NCBI GenBank assembly: GCA_021156105.1
Contig: JAJNBD010000011.1
Coordinates: 48,654-112,653 of the forward strand
Direction: 5' to 3'
DNA from: Gammaproteobacteria bacterium
GTDB taxonomy: Bacteria > Pseudomonadota > Gammaproteobacteria > CAISUE01
Length of the DNA stretch: 64,000 bases
The position numbers and the translations under genes are program-made. Positions 29,962-39,937 of this stretch are shown here, in pieces. The notes below the pieces were generated by a model. That model searched no databases. It was given only the letters and a program-made list of their open reading frames with translations, and was not told where the DNA came from. How positions within the stretch are numbered: position 1 is the first letter of the stretch; each line of letters starts with the position of its first letter.

Positions 29962-29986
29962 TGAGACAGGTGGCAGCCTGTCTCTA
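29962..29986. repeat. Palindrome between convergent hemF and dxr (same family as 63437)
   Basis: gagacagg-tggcag-cctgtctc. Confidence 0.55.
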
Positions 29987-29992
29987 GAAATT

Positions 29993-31351
29993 TCAACGCG
30001 ACCATTCCCGCGCTTTTGCGCGAGTTTCCTGGTCAATTGCTTGGATAGCTGTTAAATCCTGCGGATTAATCTCTGGTGCCGCTTCTAATATTGCTGTATT
30101 TAAACGATAAATATCTGTAAATAAAATTTCATGATTTAAAAAACGTTCGCTAGCAACTTCATTAGCAGCGTTCAAGACATTAGCAGCACAACCGCCTTTC
30201 TTTAAAGCTTCATAAGCTAGCATCAAGCAAGGATAACGCTGTAAATCCATTGCCTGAAAAGTTAAAGGCATTCTTGTTAAATCTAGCGAGGGAACGGTTG
30301 TCGCAATACGATTAGGCCAAGCCATCGCATAAGCAATGGGCGTACGCATATCTGGTTGGCCTAATTGCGCTAATACCGAAGCGTCATCATAATAGACCAT
30401 TGAATGGATGATGCTTTGAGGATGCAATAAAACTTCTAAGCGATCTGCTGGCACACCAAACAAATAATAAGCTTCAATGACTTCTAAAGCTTTATTCATC
30501 ATGGTTGCAGAATCTAGAGTGATTTTTTTTCCCATTGACCAGTTAGGATGCGTACAAGCAAACTCTGGCGTAACATCTTGAAGCTTATCGAAAGCCAGAT
30601 CGCGCGTTGCGCCACCGGATGCGGTTAAGACAATTTTTGAAATGCCGTAGTTTTGGGCTTGAGAATAGCTTCGCCCCCTCATCCCCGGCCCTTCTTCCCG
30701 GCCAGAAAAAGTTTGGGCGCTTCGCCCCCTCATCCCCGGCCCTTCTCCCCGGAGGGGAGAAGGGAGAGGATCAGACATCCCTCTCCCCTCCGGGGAGAGG
30801 GACCGAGGGTGAGGGGAAGATTCTTGCGCCATCTCTGGAAACAATCGCCCAGCCAAAAAACCTTCAGGTAAACATTGGAAAATAGCGCTATGTTCACTAT
30901 CAACAGGAATAAGTTGTGCTTGTGAATCCGCTAATGTTTTTAAGACTAAATCACCTGCCATAACTAATGGCTCTTTATTGGCAAGCAAAACTTTTTTATT
31001 CGCTTGCAAAGCCGCTAATACTGGACGCAAACCTGCCGCACCAACAATTGCGGCCATAACGATATCCACTTCATTTGCCGAAGCAACTTGGCATAGCGCC
31101 TCTTCACCCACCAATACTTCACAAGCTAGTGTAAGACCAGCAATTTTTTCCCGAAACAGTTTAGCCGCCTGATCACTAGGTAACACAACATAATGTGGCT
31201 TAAAGCGTAAGCATTGCTCAATAAGGGCACCTATCTGTTTATAAGCCGTTAGTGCAAAAACCTCATATTGCTCTGAGTGATGCTCGATAACATCTAAAGT
31301 GCTTAACCCTATAGAGCCTGTTGAACCAAGTATCGTTATCTTTTTTCTCAT
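29993..31351 (-). CDS. dxr: 1-deoxy-D-xylulose-5-phosphate reductoisomerase with in-frame repeat insertion
   Basis: LGSTGSIG, LANKE, PVDSEH, LTASGG, HPNWSMG.KI..DSATMMNK.LE, HPQSIIHSMV, NAANE. Confidence 0.96.
   Translation of the reverse strand: MRKKITILGSTGSIGLSTLDVIEHHSEQYEVFALTAYKQIGALIEQCLRFKPHYVVLPSDQAAKLFREKIAGLTLACEVLVGEEALCQVASANEVDIVMAAIVGAAGLRPVLAALQANKKVLLANKEPLVMAGDLVLKTLADSQAQLIPVDSEHSAIFQCLPEGFLAGRLFPEMAQESSPHPRSLSPEGRGMSDPLPSPLRGEGPGMRGRSAQTFSGREEGPGMRGRSYSQAQNYGISKIVLTASGGATRDLAFDKLQDVTPEFACTHPNWSMGKKITLDSATMMNKALEVIEAYYLFGVPADRLEVLLHPQSIIHSMVYYDDASVLAQLGQPDMRTPIAYAMAWPNRIATTVPSLDLTRMPLTFQAMDLQRYPCLMLAYEALKKGGCAANVLNAANEVASERFLNHEILFTDIYRLNTAILEAAPEINPQDLTAIQAIDQETRAKAREWSR
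30668..30816. repeat. GC-rich BoxC-like palindromic repeat array inside the dxr coding sequence
   Basis: 28-bp direct repeat at 30668 and 30719 (51-bp period) plus an inverted unit at 30776-30816; near-identical to 36474-36633. Confidence 0.9.
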
Positions 31352-31353
31352 AA

Positions 31354-32166
31354 TTAGCGGTAATAAATAGCAATTATCATTAAACCAGCCGCATAGACAG
31401 GCGCAGCAAAAAACAAACTATCTAAACGGTCTAGCAAGCCACCATGGCCGGGTAATAAGCCGCCACTGTCTTTACAATCAGCCATGCGCTTCATCATACT
31501 TTCAAATAAATCGCCGTAAACACAAGCAATAAAAGTCACGGCGTTTAACAAAACTGTCACTAAGAAATGAGGGAAATCTAAGCGATAACAAATCGCTTCA
31601 ATAATCGTTAACACAAACACTGCCATTGCTGCGCCTTTAAAGCCTTCCCAAGTTTTCTTTGGGCTAACGAGTGGGGCTAATTTATTTTTGCCAAAAAACC
31701 GCCCGCTAAAATAAGCAGCAATATCTGCTGTCCAAACAATTAACAATAACATTAATAAGTGTGTGCTATCAGCTGCTTTAAAACGAATAATGTTTAAGCT
31801 ATACCAGCACGTAACAAAGAGTAAAAGCCCAAGCGCATACCACCAAGCCTCGGATAAAGAAAACTGCCCTTGCCTTTGCTGATAATGATGAACTAAAACG
31901 CATAACACAATGACACCCAGACTCATTACATATAAATAAATTGCCATTGGTAAAAAGATCACAGCAAAACATAGCAAAGCAATTAGCAGTAAATAAAGCG
32001 CCTGCTCATACCAAGTTTTCATTTTCATTAAACGCGTCCATTCCCACCCACAACCTAACATGATTAATCCAAGGATGAGTTGAAAAGGCAAAAGAGGTAA
32101 ATAAAAAATAGCGAATAGCGCTAAAGGAATTAAGACAAGCGCGGTAAGAAAGCGGTGTAAAAGCAT
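31354..32166 (-). CDS. cdsA: Phosphatidate cytidylyltransferase
   Basis: ADIAAYFSG, SPKKTWEG, GDLFES..KR...KDSG.LLPGHGGLLDRLDS. Confidence 0.96.
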   Translation of the reverse strand: MLLHRFLTALVLIPLALFAIFYLPLLPFQLILGLIMLGCGWEWTRLMKMKTWYEQALYLLLIALLCFAVIFLPMAIYLYVMSLGVIVLCVLVHHYQQRQGQFSLSEAWWYALGLLLFVTCWYSLNIIRFKAADSTHLLMLLLIVWTADIAAYFSGRFFGKNKLAPLVSPKKTWEGFKGAAMAVFVLTIIEAICYRLDFPHFLVTVLLNAVTFIACVYGDLFESMMKRMADCKDSGGLLPGHGGLLDRLDSLFFAAPVYAAGLMIIAIYYR

Positions 32167-32249
32167 AAATAAGGCATCCTGTTTTTGCCCCCTTATTCTC
32201 GCATCAGCAAGAACCTATTTGGAGCATTTTTTTAAAATTTTAACATTAT

Positions 32250-32945
32250 CTAACCAACATCCCCAAACCGCCTTTGTCGCTTAGTGTACTCTTCGAGAGC
32301 CTTTTTTAGCCCTGCGGCATCAAAGTCCGGCCATAATGTATCGGTAAAATAAAGTTCCGCATAAGCAATTTGCCAAAGCAAAAAGTTACTAATGCGGATT
32401 TCGCCACTGGTGCGGATAAATAAATCGACTGGCGGTAAATCCCCTGTACTTAAATGCATTTGGAAATTTTCTGGCGTAAATTCTGGTTTTGCTTCATGAC
32501 AAATTTTTTCACATGCTTGGAGAATATCCCACTGCCCGCCATAATTTAAGGCAACAACAACCTGCATATGATGATTTTGACATGTCAGCGTTTCTGCCTC
32601 TTGAATACGCTGCTGCAAGTTGGCATTTAGTTGAGAATGGTCGCCAATGAAACGAATACGAATATTATTTGCGTTTAGCTCAGAAATCTCTTGTTCAAGC
32701 CGCGTCAGAAACATACTCATTAAATGATCAACTTCTTCTTGCGGGCGCCGCCAGTTCTCGCTACTAAAAGCAAATAATGTTAAAACTTTAATCCCTATCT
32801 CAGCAGAAGCTTGAATAATTTCTTTAACCGTATCCGCTCCGGCTTTATGCCCCATTATGCGTGGTAAAAAACGCTTTTTAGCCCATCGCCCATTCCCATC
32901 CATCACAATTGCTACATGAGTAGGAACATTATTTTGTTTTGTCAT
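32250..32945 (-). CDS. uppS: Undecaprenyl diphosphate synthase
   Basis: HVAIVMDGNGRWA, FSSENW.RP..EV, IRTSGE.RISNFLLWQ.AYAE. Confidence 0.97.
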   Translation of the reverse strand: MTKQNNVPTHVAIVMDGNGRWAKKRFLPRIMGHKAGADTVKEIIQASAEIGIKVLTLFAFSSENWRRPQEEVDHLMSMFLTRLEQEISELNANNIRIRFIGDHSQLNANLQQRIQEAETLTCQNHHMQVVVALNYGGQWDILQACEKICHEAKPEFTPENFQMHLSTGDLPPVDLFIRTSGEIRISNFLLWQIAYAELYFTDTLWPDFDAAGLKKALEEYTKRQRRFGDVG

Positions 32946-34089
32946 ATTTCACCATAAAATAAAACCAAGTATATCCTAGCACTGCAGAAATAAAAGAACC
33001 CGTTAATATTGCCGCTTTTACTTCACTCAGAATATGAAAATTAGCATGCTGGAACGCTAAGTCACCCAAGAGTAGACTCATTGTAAATCCGATACCACAG
33101 AAAAGGCTTACCCCAAATAAATTTCTCCAGTTAATTTGTGTAGGCAGCCTGGCTAAATTCAGCTTAACAGCCAAATAAGAAAATAAAAATACACCTAAAG
33201 GCTTACCTAATACTAAGCCTGCTATGATTCCCCAAGCCAATGTCGAAAACAATCCTTCAGCATCAGCGTGCCCAAAACTAACCCCAGAGTTAGCAAGCGC
33301 AAATAGCGGCAAAATGCCATAGGTTACCCAAGGATGTAGCCTCTCATACAATTGCCGCAAGAGACAAGGCTGGCTTCGCAAAGGGACACAAAACGCAACA
33401 AATACGCCAGTAATTGCCGCATCAATACCTGCTTGTGCAACCAAATACCATAAAACAACACCTGCTAATAAGTAATAGCGTAACTTATTAATATGAAAAA
33501 AGTTAAACGCCCAAAGCAATAAGAAAACAAGCACTGCCATCTCTAACATCAATAGGTGGAGCTGATGCGTATAAAAAATCGCGATAATCACAATCGCCCC
33601 AAGGTCATCGAAAATTGCTAGCGCTAATAAAAACAGCTTGAGCCCAACAGGAATTTTCTTTCCAAAAAGTTGTAATACTGCCAATGAGAAAGCAATATCG
33701 GTCGCCAAAGGTACCGACCACGCTGGCCAATAATGTGGGGAATTTCGATTGATCAGTAAAAATATTAGAGCAGGAATACACATACCGCCTAAAGCAGCAA
33801 TCCCTGGCAGTAAAGCTTTTCGAACAGTGTTTAAATCGCCTTCTAAAATTTCTGCTTTAATTTCTAAGCCGACATTTAAGAAAAATAAAGCCATTAAGCC
33901 ATGATTAACCCAATAAATAAATGAGTGTTTAAGCGGAATTCCTAAAAGCGCCGTTGAAGCAAAAAATTCATGATAGAAAACTGAATATGGAGAATTACTT
34001 ATAGCTAATGCCAAAACTGCCATAGCTAGCAATAATACACCAGTGAAAGCATCGGCACGTAAAATATTTCTAATCCAATTAAAAGGCAT
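32929..34089 (-). CDS. nhaA: Na+/H+ antiporter NhaA
   Basis: ATDIAF, LAIFDDLGAI, LFALANSGV, GKPLG, CGIGFTMSL. Confidence 0.95.
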   Translation of the reverse strand: MPFNWIRNILRADAFTGVLLLAMAVLALAISNSPYSVFYHEFFASTALLGIPLKHSFIYWVNHGLMALFFLNVGLEIKAEILEGDLNTVRKALLPGIAALGGMCIPALIFLLINRNSPHYWPAWSVPLATDIAFSLAVLQLFGKKIPVGLKLFLLALAIFDDLGAIVIIAIFYTHQLHLLMLEMAVLVFLLLWAFNFFHINKLRYYLLAGVVLWYLVAQAGIDAAITGVFVAFCVPLRSQPCLLRQLYERLHPWVTYGILPLFALANSGVSFGHADAEGLFSTLAWGIIAGLVLGKPLGVFLFSYLAVKLNLARLPTQINWRNLFGVSLFCGIGFTMSLLLGDLAFQHANFHILSEVKAAILTGSFISAVLGYTWFYFMVKYDKTK

Positions 34090-34092
34090 AAA

Positions 34093-34692
34093 CTAATTTT
34101 TCACCTCAAGAAATTCTCTGATAGCAATTAACTTGCCATGAAAGAAATGGCTAGCTTCTGGTACATTCAAAATACGTTGAAAATGCTGAGTAGAAGCCCA
34201 AGCAAGGATTTGGTCGGTTGGGACAACCTCGTCTTGCGCCGCAACAATTAATTCACATGGACAGTTCGGCAACTGGAGACTCATAAAGCCTTCATATTGG
34301 GCGGGAGGCGCAACCAGCAGTAAATAAGCTGGTTTAAAGCGCTGGCAAAACTTTAAGGCAACATAAGCCCCAAAAGAAAATCCTCCGAGATAAATAGGTT
34401 GCTCCCCTAAGTTTTCTTCTGCCCAATGGATAACCGCTTGTAGATCATCTTGTTCACCATCACCATTACCAAAAGAACCCGTGCTTTCTCCCACACCCCG
34501 AAAATTAAAATGTATCGTGCTTAACCCCAAGGCTTGCCAAGCTTTAACAATGCTGGACACAACTTTATTGCTCATGGTTCCGCCATATAAAGGATGCGGA
34601 TGACACACAATGCCAATACCCTTGTGCTGAGGGGAGCGACTGACAATTGCTTCAAGTGTTCCGTGAGCAACGGGTATAAAATATTTTTCCAT
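34093..34692 (-). CDS. Alpha/beta hydrolase
   Basis: HPHPLYGGTM.NKVV, FNFRGVG.S.G, GFSFG, HFF. Confidence 0.9.
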   Translation of the reverse strand: MEKYFIPVAHGTLEAIVSRSPQHKGIGIVCHPHPLYGGTMSNKVVSSIVKAWQALGLSTIHFNFRGVGESTGSFGNGDGEQDDLQAVIHWAEENLGEQPIYLGGFSFGAYVALKFCQRFKPAYLLLVAPPAQYEGFMSLQLPNCPCELIVAAQDEVVPTDQILAWASTQHFQRILNVPEASHFFHGKLIAIREFLEVKN

Positions 34693-34768
34693 GGTAGTCC
34701 ATAATCTTTTAAAAATTGTAGCACAGTTTATGATAAACTATTGCCCACTTTACACATGAGAAAATCCA

Positions 34769-36439
34769 ATGGCAGAATACGTTTTTACCATGAATGGCGT
34801 GGGCAAAGTTGTCCAACCTAATAATAAAGTTATTTTACGGGATATTTATCTTTCGTTTTTCCCAGGTGCTAAAATTGGCGTACTCGGTTTAAATGGTGCC
34901 GGAAAATCGACGCTATTGCGCATTATGGCAGGTATTGATAAAGATATTATCGGTGAAGCGCGTCCACAGCCTGGTATTCAAATTGGTTATCTACCTCAAG
35001 AACCACAATTAGATCCAAATAAAACCGTTCGCGAAGAAGTTGAAGGCGGCCTTAAAAAAGTATTAGATAAATTGCATCGCTTTAATGAAATCAGCATGAG
35101 GTTTGTAGAACCCATGTCTGACGACGAAATGAATAAGTTATTAGAAGAGCAAGGCGAGCTACAAACTGAAATCGATAATATGAATGGCTGGGAGGTCGAG
35201 CGTCAACTAGAAGTTGCCGCAGATGCTTTGCGTTTGCCGCCTTGGGAAGCTGAAATTAAGAATTTATCAGGTGGTGAAAAACGTCGTGTGGCATTGTGCA
35301 AATTATTGCTTTCCAAACCTGACATGTTATTGCTTGACGAACCAACCAACCACTTAGATGCCGAGAGTGTTGCTTGGTTAGAGCGCTTCTTACATGAATA
35401 CCCAGGTACAGTGGTTGCTGTTACCCATGATCGTTATTTCTTAGATAACGTTGCCGGTTGGATTCTAGAATTAGATCGCGGCCATGGTATTCCTTATGAA
35501 GGTAACTACACAACTTGGTTAGAGCAAAAAGAAAAACGTTTAGAAATTGAAGAAAAACAAGAAACCGCACATCAAAAAGCCATGAAAGCGGAATTGGAAT
35601 GGGTTCGTCAAAATCCAAAAGGACGTCAAGCGAAAAGTAAAGCCCGTTTGGCACGCTTTGAAGAAATGAACTCGCAAGAGTTTCAAAAACGCAATGAAAC
35701 TTTGGAAATTTATATTCCACCAGGTCAACGGCTTGGTGATTTGGTTGTTGAAGCAAAACATCTTTGCAAAGCTTTCGGCGATCGCATGTTAATTGATGAT
35801 TTAAGCTTCTTAATGCCTAAAGGCTCTATTGTTGGTGTAATTGGTCCAAATGGCGCCGGTAAATCTACCTTCTTAAAAATGTTAATCGGCAAAGAGAAGC
35901 CAGATAACGGTGAACTCATCATTGGTGAAACCGTACAATTAGCTTATGTTGATCAAAGCCGCGACCATTTAGATGGTAAGAAAAATGTCTGGGAAGAAGT
36001 TTCTGATGGTTTGGATTTTATCCAAGTCGGTACTTATCAAATTCCTTCACGTGCTTACATCGGCCGCTTTAATTTTAAAGGTGCAGATCAACAAAAATTA
36101 GTGAAAGATTTATCAGGTGGTGAACGTAACCGTTTACATTTAGCGAAACTGTTAAAAAGTGGCGGCAACGTATTATTACTTGACGAACCAACTAACGACT
36201 TAGACGTCGAAACTTTACGTGCGTTAGAGGAAGCGCTGCTTAATTTCGCAGGCTCTGCCATTGTGGTATCGCATGACCGCTGGTTCTTAGACCGTATTGC
36301 AACACATATCTTAGCCTTTGAAGGTGACAGCAGGGTTACTTGGTTTGAAGGTAACTATACTGAATACGAAGCGGATTATTTAAAACGTGTCGGTGATGCA
36401 ACACCCCATCGAATTAAATATAAGAAAATTGATTTGTAG
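34769..36439 (+). CDS. ettA: Energy-dependent translational throttle ABC-F protein EttA
   Basis: [23 protein letters not shown], two ABC domains, [19 protein letters not shown]; 556 aa. Confidence 0.96.
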   Translation: MAEYVFTMNGVGKVVQPNNKVILRDIYLSFFPGAKIGVLGLNGAGKSTLLRIMAGIDKDIIGEARPQPGIQIGYLPQEPQLDPNKTVREEVEGGLKKVLDKLHRFNEISMRFVEPMSDDEMNKLLEEQGELQTEIDNMNGWEVERQLEVAADALRLPPWEAEIKNLSGGEKRRVALCKLLLSKPDMLLLDEPTNHLDAESVAWLERFLHEYPGTVVAVTHDRYFLDNVAGWILELDRGHGIPYEGNYTTWLEQKEKRLEIEEKQETAHQKAMKAELEWVRQNPKGRQAKSKARLARFEEMNSQEFQKRNETLEIYIPPGQRLGDLVVEAKHLCKAFGDRMLIDDLSFLMPKGSIVGVIGPNGAGKSTFLKMLIGKEKPDNGELIIGETVQLAYVDQSRDHLDGKKNVWEEVSDGLDFIQVGTYQIPSRAYIGRFNFKGADQQKLVKDLSGGERNRLHLAKLLKSGGNVLLLDEPTNDLDVETLRALEEALLNFAGSAIVVSHDRWFLDRIATHILAFEGDSRVTWFEGNYTEYEADYLKRVGDATPHRIKYKKIDL

Positions 36440-36473
36440 TACTACTGCGCTTTCTCTTTGGGAGGTGTGGGCT

Positions 36474-36636
36474 GCCCCCTCATCCCCGGCCCTTCTCCCC
36501 GGTGGGGAGAAGGGAGTGGTGTTCTTTTAGACTTTGGGGGGGGTGCCTGCCCCCTCTCCCCGGCCCTTCTCTCCGTAGAGGAGAAGGGGCGTCATCCCTC
36601 TCCCCACCGGGGAGAGAGACCGAGGGTGAGGGGGCA
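36474..36636. repeat. Cluster of three BoxC-like GC-rich palindromic units (two direct, one inverted)
   Basis: gccccctcatccccggcccttctccccggtggggagaagggag; gccccctctccccggcccttctctccgtagaggagaaggg; catccctctccccaccggggagagagaccgagggtgagggg. Confidence 0.9.
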
Positions 36637-36696
36637 GGCGCGGCTGCCCTCCCCCAGTGAGAAAAAACCCCGAGAATAAGGGAGAAATGTGACGCA

Positions 36697-37146
36697 TTAT
36701 TTAATTGATAGCGTCAATTCAAACTCAGCCACTGTTTCTTCTGGGGTTTCGATTGCATAAGCTTTAACATACACGGGAATATTGACACGCTTTTTTTCTG
36801 CAATTACTTTTTCAATTGCCTCTTGAATGCCCGCCTCATCCGAGCACTCAAAACACAAATCGTCATAGGCACGCTTTAAAAAGTTTGCTTTAAAATCTTT
36901 GAACTGCACATTTAAAGACTCTTGAGTTTGCTGAATTAAATAGTAAGCCAATAAACCCGCGGCAGCGTCAGCACCAATAGCTAGCGCACCAAAATACATC
37001 GACTTTAGATGATTCTGATTTTGCGATAAAAAAGGAATTAGGATTTTACACCGATGCTGATTTAACTCTTGAACTTTAAGCGCCGAATATTCAATCATTG
37101 GCACTTGAGATTTAAGCCATGCCTCAATATTTTTGATCTGCTCCAT
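36697..37146 (-). CDS. Hotdog-fold thioesterase-like protein (DUF4442/YiiD C-terminal-like)
   Basis: NQNHLKSMYFGAL..GAD.A.G, FKDFKANFLKRA. Confidence 0.8.
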   Translation of the reverse strand: MEQIKNIEAWLKSQVPMIEYSALKVQELNQHRCKILIPFLSQNQNHLKSMYFGALAIGADAAAGLLAYYLIQQTQESLNVQFKDFKANFLKRAYDDLCFECSDEAGIQEAIEKVIAEKKRVNIPVYVKAYAIETPEETVAEFELTLSIK

Positions 37147-37434
37147 AAAATATCCCCTTTGATATTAAACTTATCATAGCAAAATCTTGCTTAAATTTAA
37201 CCACACAGAGAGCTATGGTTTGGAGTTAATCAAGCATTGCTCGCAATTCGCAATCACCTTAACCGAAAAGTTCATCTCCTTGTTTTCAGGCACTGCCTCA
37301 ACAAGCATCTGCTGAATAAATTTTTCATTTACACATTCGCAACAATAATTGAATTATTAATTTTGCCACTAAAAAAATATTTCATGATATACTTTTTGTT
37401 TATAAAACCAACCCAAAAAAATTTACTTCAGCTT

Positions 37435-38658
37435 ATGAATATACAACTATCTCGCACACAATGGAAAATCATTTCCCTATCCAGTCTTGGTGGTGCATTA
37501 GAGTTTTATGACTTTATCATTTTTGCTATTTTTGCCGCTAACATTGGTGCAGCGTTTTTTCCTGCTACCAATCCTTTTACTGCAACCTTAAGCGCATTTG
37601 CTGCCTTTGCGATTGGTTACCTTGTTCGCCCTATTGGCGGAATATTATTTAGCCATTTTGGTGATCGTTATGGCCGAAAAAATGTTTTTATTATTTCCAT
37701 GAGTATTATGGCTTCCGCCACCTTTTTAATGTCAATCACTCCCAATTACCATAGCTGGGGGATTACCGCCACGATAATTTTTATGCTTTTACGCTTAGGT
37801 CAAGGTATGGCAATCGGTGGCGAGATTCCTGGCGCTATTACTTTTGTGAAGGAGCATGTTAATACCTGCCCAGGCTTTGCTTGCGGCATCGTGTTCCTTT
37901 TTATTAATGCAGGAATTTTTTTGGCGGACCTAGCTTATGGCGTCTTAAATAAAGTTACCACTGCCGATTATGCTTGGCGCATTGCTTTTTTTATTGGTGG
38001 CATTCTTGCGATTTTAAGTTATTTTTTGCGTCGGACTTTACATGAATCACAAGAATTCAATCAAGCAACTCAGCGCTATACCGTTCCACTTTTTGCTTTA
38101 ATTCGTCATCAATTTAAAAAAGTATTTCTAGGTTTTTTAATTGTTGCTTGCCAAGCGACTTTGATAAGCTTACTTTACCTGTATGTCGCTAGTTTTATGA
38201 AACTTCATGACTATAGCATTGAGCAAACCGCCTGGATTTCAGGCATAAACTTAGCCATTTTTTCGCTTGGTTGTGCTTTTTGGGGCTGGGTATCCGATTA
38301 TATTGGGGCAGCAAAAGTCATGATTTGGGGTATTTTGCTTTCCATTCCACTGACTTTTTGGTTTTATCATGCAATACTAACTCATCAGAATGTCATGTTA
38401 GCCTATGTCATTTTATCTTGCGTCTGCTCAACCTATACAGGCTCATTTAGCGCTTATCTAGCCAGTTTATTTCCTGTCAATGTACGCTTTAGCGGCGTGG
38501 CATTCACTTACAATTTAGGGTTCGCTATATTTGGCGGTTTAACCCCTTTTCTTGCAACTTATCTCATTAAAGTTTTTGACCACCCCTTAATGCCTGCTTA
38601 TGTTTTTCTCTGCGTAAGCTTACTTGGCATTATTGGCATCATAAAATCACGTCACTGA
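37435..38658 (+). CDS. MFS metabolite:H+ symporter (ProP-like)
   Basis: LGGALEFYDF, RPIGG.LF.HFGDRYGRK, LRLGQG.AIGGE.PGA. Confidence 0.9.
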   Translation: MNIQLSRTQWKIISLSSLGGALEFYDFIIFAIFAANIGAAFFPATNPFTATLSAFAAFAIGYLVRPIGGILFSHFGDRYGRKNVFIISMSIMASATFLMSITPNYHSWGITATIIFMLLRLGQGMAIGGEIPGAITFVKEHVNTCPGFACGIVFLFINAGIFLADLAYGVLNKVTTADYAWRIAFFIGGILAILSYFLRRTLHESQEFNQATQRYTVPLFALIRHQFKKVFLGFLIVACQATLISLLYLYVASFMKLHDYSIEQTAWISGINLAIFSLGCAFWGWVSDYIGAAKVMIWGILLSIPLTFWFYHAILTHQNVMLAYVILSCVCSTYTGSFSAYLASLFPVNVRFSGVAFTYNLGFAIFGGLTPFLATYLIKVFDHPLMPAYVFLCVSLLGIIGIIKSRH

Positions 38659-38713
38659 TTGCCAAAAAAATAATATCACAAGTTAAAATAATCCTTAAAA
38701 AGGAGCAAATCCT

Positions 38714-39937
38714 GTGTTAAATGATTTACAACAAGCATCGCTTGAAGCAACTTTATATTTCTATCTTGCGGCTTTGCTAAATAAGCCTGAACAAGTTGAT
38801 CATTTTTTAAAAGCCGCTATAGAGGCTGATTTCTATATCGCTATAGAAAAAACACTGAGCTCCCCTGAAAAAGCCGCGCTGATATATCTAAGAGGCTTGT
38901 TTGGTTTCACCTGCCCTCAAAACCGGGCTATCGGTTTTGCACATGACCACAATCCTGACTTAATTGGCTGGCGCCCCTCTTTATCATCACAAGAAAAAAT
39001 CTATGAAATAAAAGGGCTTTTAGGTTTAACTGCTTTATGTAGCCCAGAGGACGCCGTAATGCTGACACGTAGTGAAACGCTACAGCAAGTTGAAGTTTTT
39101 TTACGTCGTGAACATCAAATACTAAAAGCAATCAAAATCGCTCTTCCAATAGAGCGCGAAAAAACCTTAATGGCAACAGCAGCGGCCAGCCAAAGTAAAG
39201 TATTTTTTTCTGTACAACCCTCATTAAAAGAGCGCATAAAAAGCCTGCTAGCCGCAGACCAGTATCTAACCGCAATTGATTTTATCACTGAGCATGGTAT
39301 AGAAGCCTACCCTACGGATGTTACTTGTTATTTACAACGCGCAAAACTTTATAAACACGAAAACTTGCTTAACCTTGCTATTCAAGACTACACCTTGGCG
39401 ATTCTGATTGACCCTCAAAATACGCACCATTGGGTTCTGCGCGCTAACTTGCTTGAAAAAATAGGCGATTATGCTGGCGCTTATCGAGATTATTCTCAAG
39501 CCATTAAATTGAAGCCCCAAAATCTAGAGTTTCTTATTTTTGCTGCTAATTTTTTATTTAAAGTAGGTTTTACGCTTGATGCGATCAAGGAATATTCTCA
39601 TATACTAAAAATTGATCCTAATAACATCTCAGTACTAAAAAACCGTGCGTGGGCTTATATTCAACTAGAGGATTTTGACTCGGCGCTCCAGGATTATGTG
39701 AACCTGTTACAATTTCCACTTAACCCAAAAGAGATGCTTTCAATTCAGGCTAAAATGTTTTTCTATATCAAACGCGATTATCAAACCGCGGCAAATACCT
39801 GCAAAAAACTGCTCCAGCAACTACCACCTGAAGAAAAAAGGGAAATTAGCCATGCGCAGAAGCTACTAGCTTTAGCACAACAAAAATCTCAAAGCTCGCT
39901 AAACCAGAGACAAGAAAGATGTTGCGTTTTATCATGA
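38714..39937 (+). CDS. TPR-repeat protein with C-terminal CaaX motif (CVLS), candidate effector
   Basis: GTG start after aaggag; TPR repeats (AIQDYTLAILIDP, AYRDYSQAIKLKP, AIKEYSHILKIDP); ends RCCVLS. Confidence 0.8.
   Translation: MLNDLQQASLEATLYFYLAALLNKPEQVDHFLKAAIEADFYIAIEKTLSSPEKAALIYLRGLFGFTCPQNRAIGFAHDHNPDLIGWRPSLSSQEKIYEIKGLLGLTALCSPEDAVMLTRSETLQQVEVFLRREHQILKAIKIALPIEREKTLMATAAASQSKVFFSVQPSLKERIKSLLAADQYLTAIDFITEHGIEAYPTDVTCYLQRAKLYKHENLLNLAIQDYTLAILIDPQNTHHWVLRANLLEKIGDYAGAYRDYSQAIKLKPQNLEFLIFAANFLFKVGFTLDAIKEYSHILKIDPNNISVLKNRAWAYIQLEDFDSALQDYVNLLQFPLNPKEMLSIQAKMFFYIKRDYQTAANTCKKLLQQLPPEEKREISHAQKLLALAQQKSQSSLNQRQERCCVLS

Noticed and set aside
30668-30816. CRISPR array or intein in dxr
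   Set aside because: Only two direct copies plus an inverted one, no unique spacers of constant length and no cas genes. No intein Cys/Ser start or His-Asn end.
36458-36679. 73-aa ORF over the repeat cluster (also the ORFs at 30607-30885 and 30653-30871)
   Set aside because: Open only because the GC-rich repeat lacks stop codons; no RBS or coding signature.
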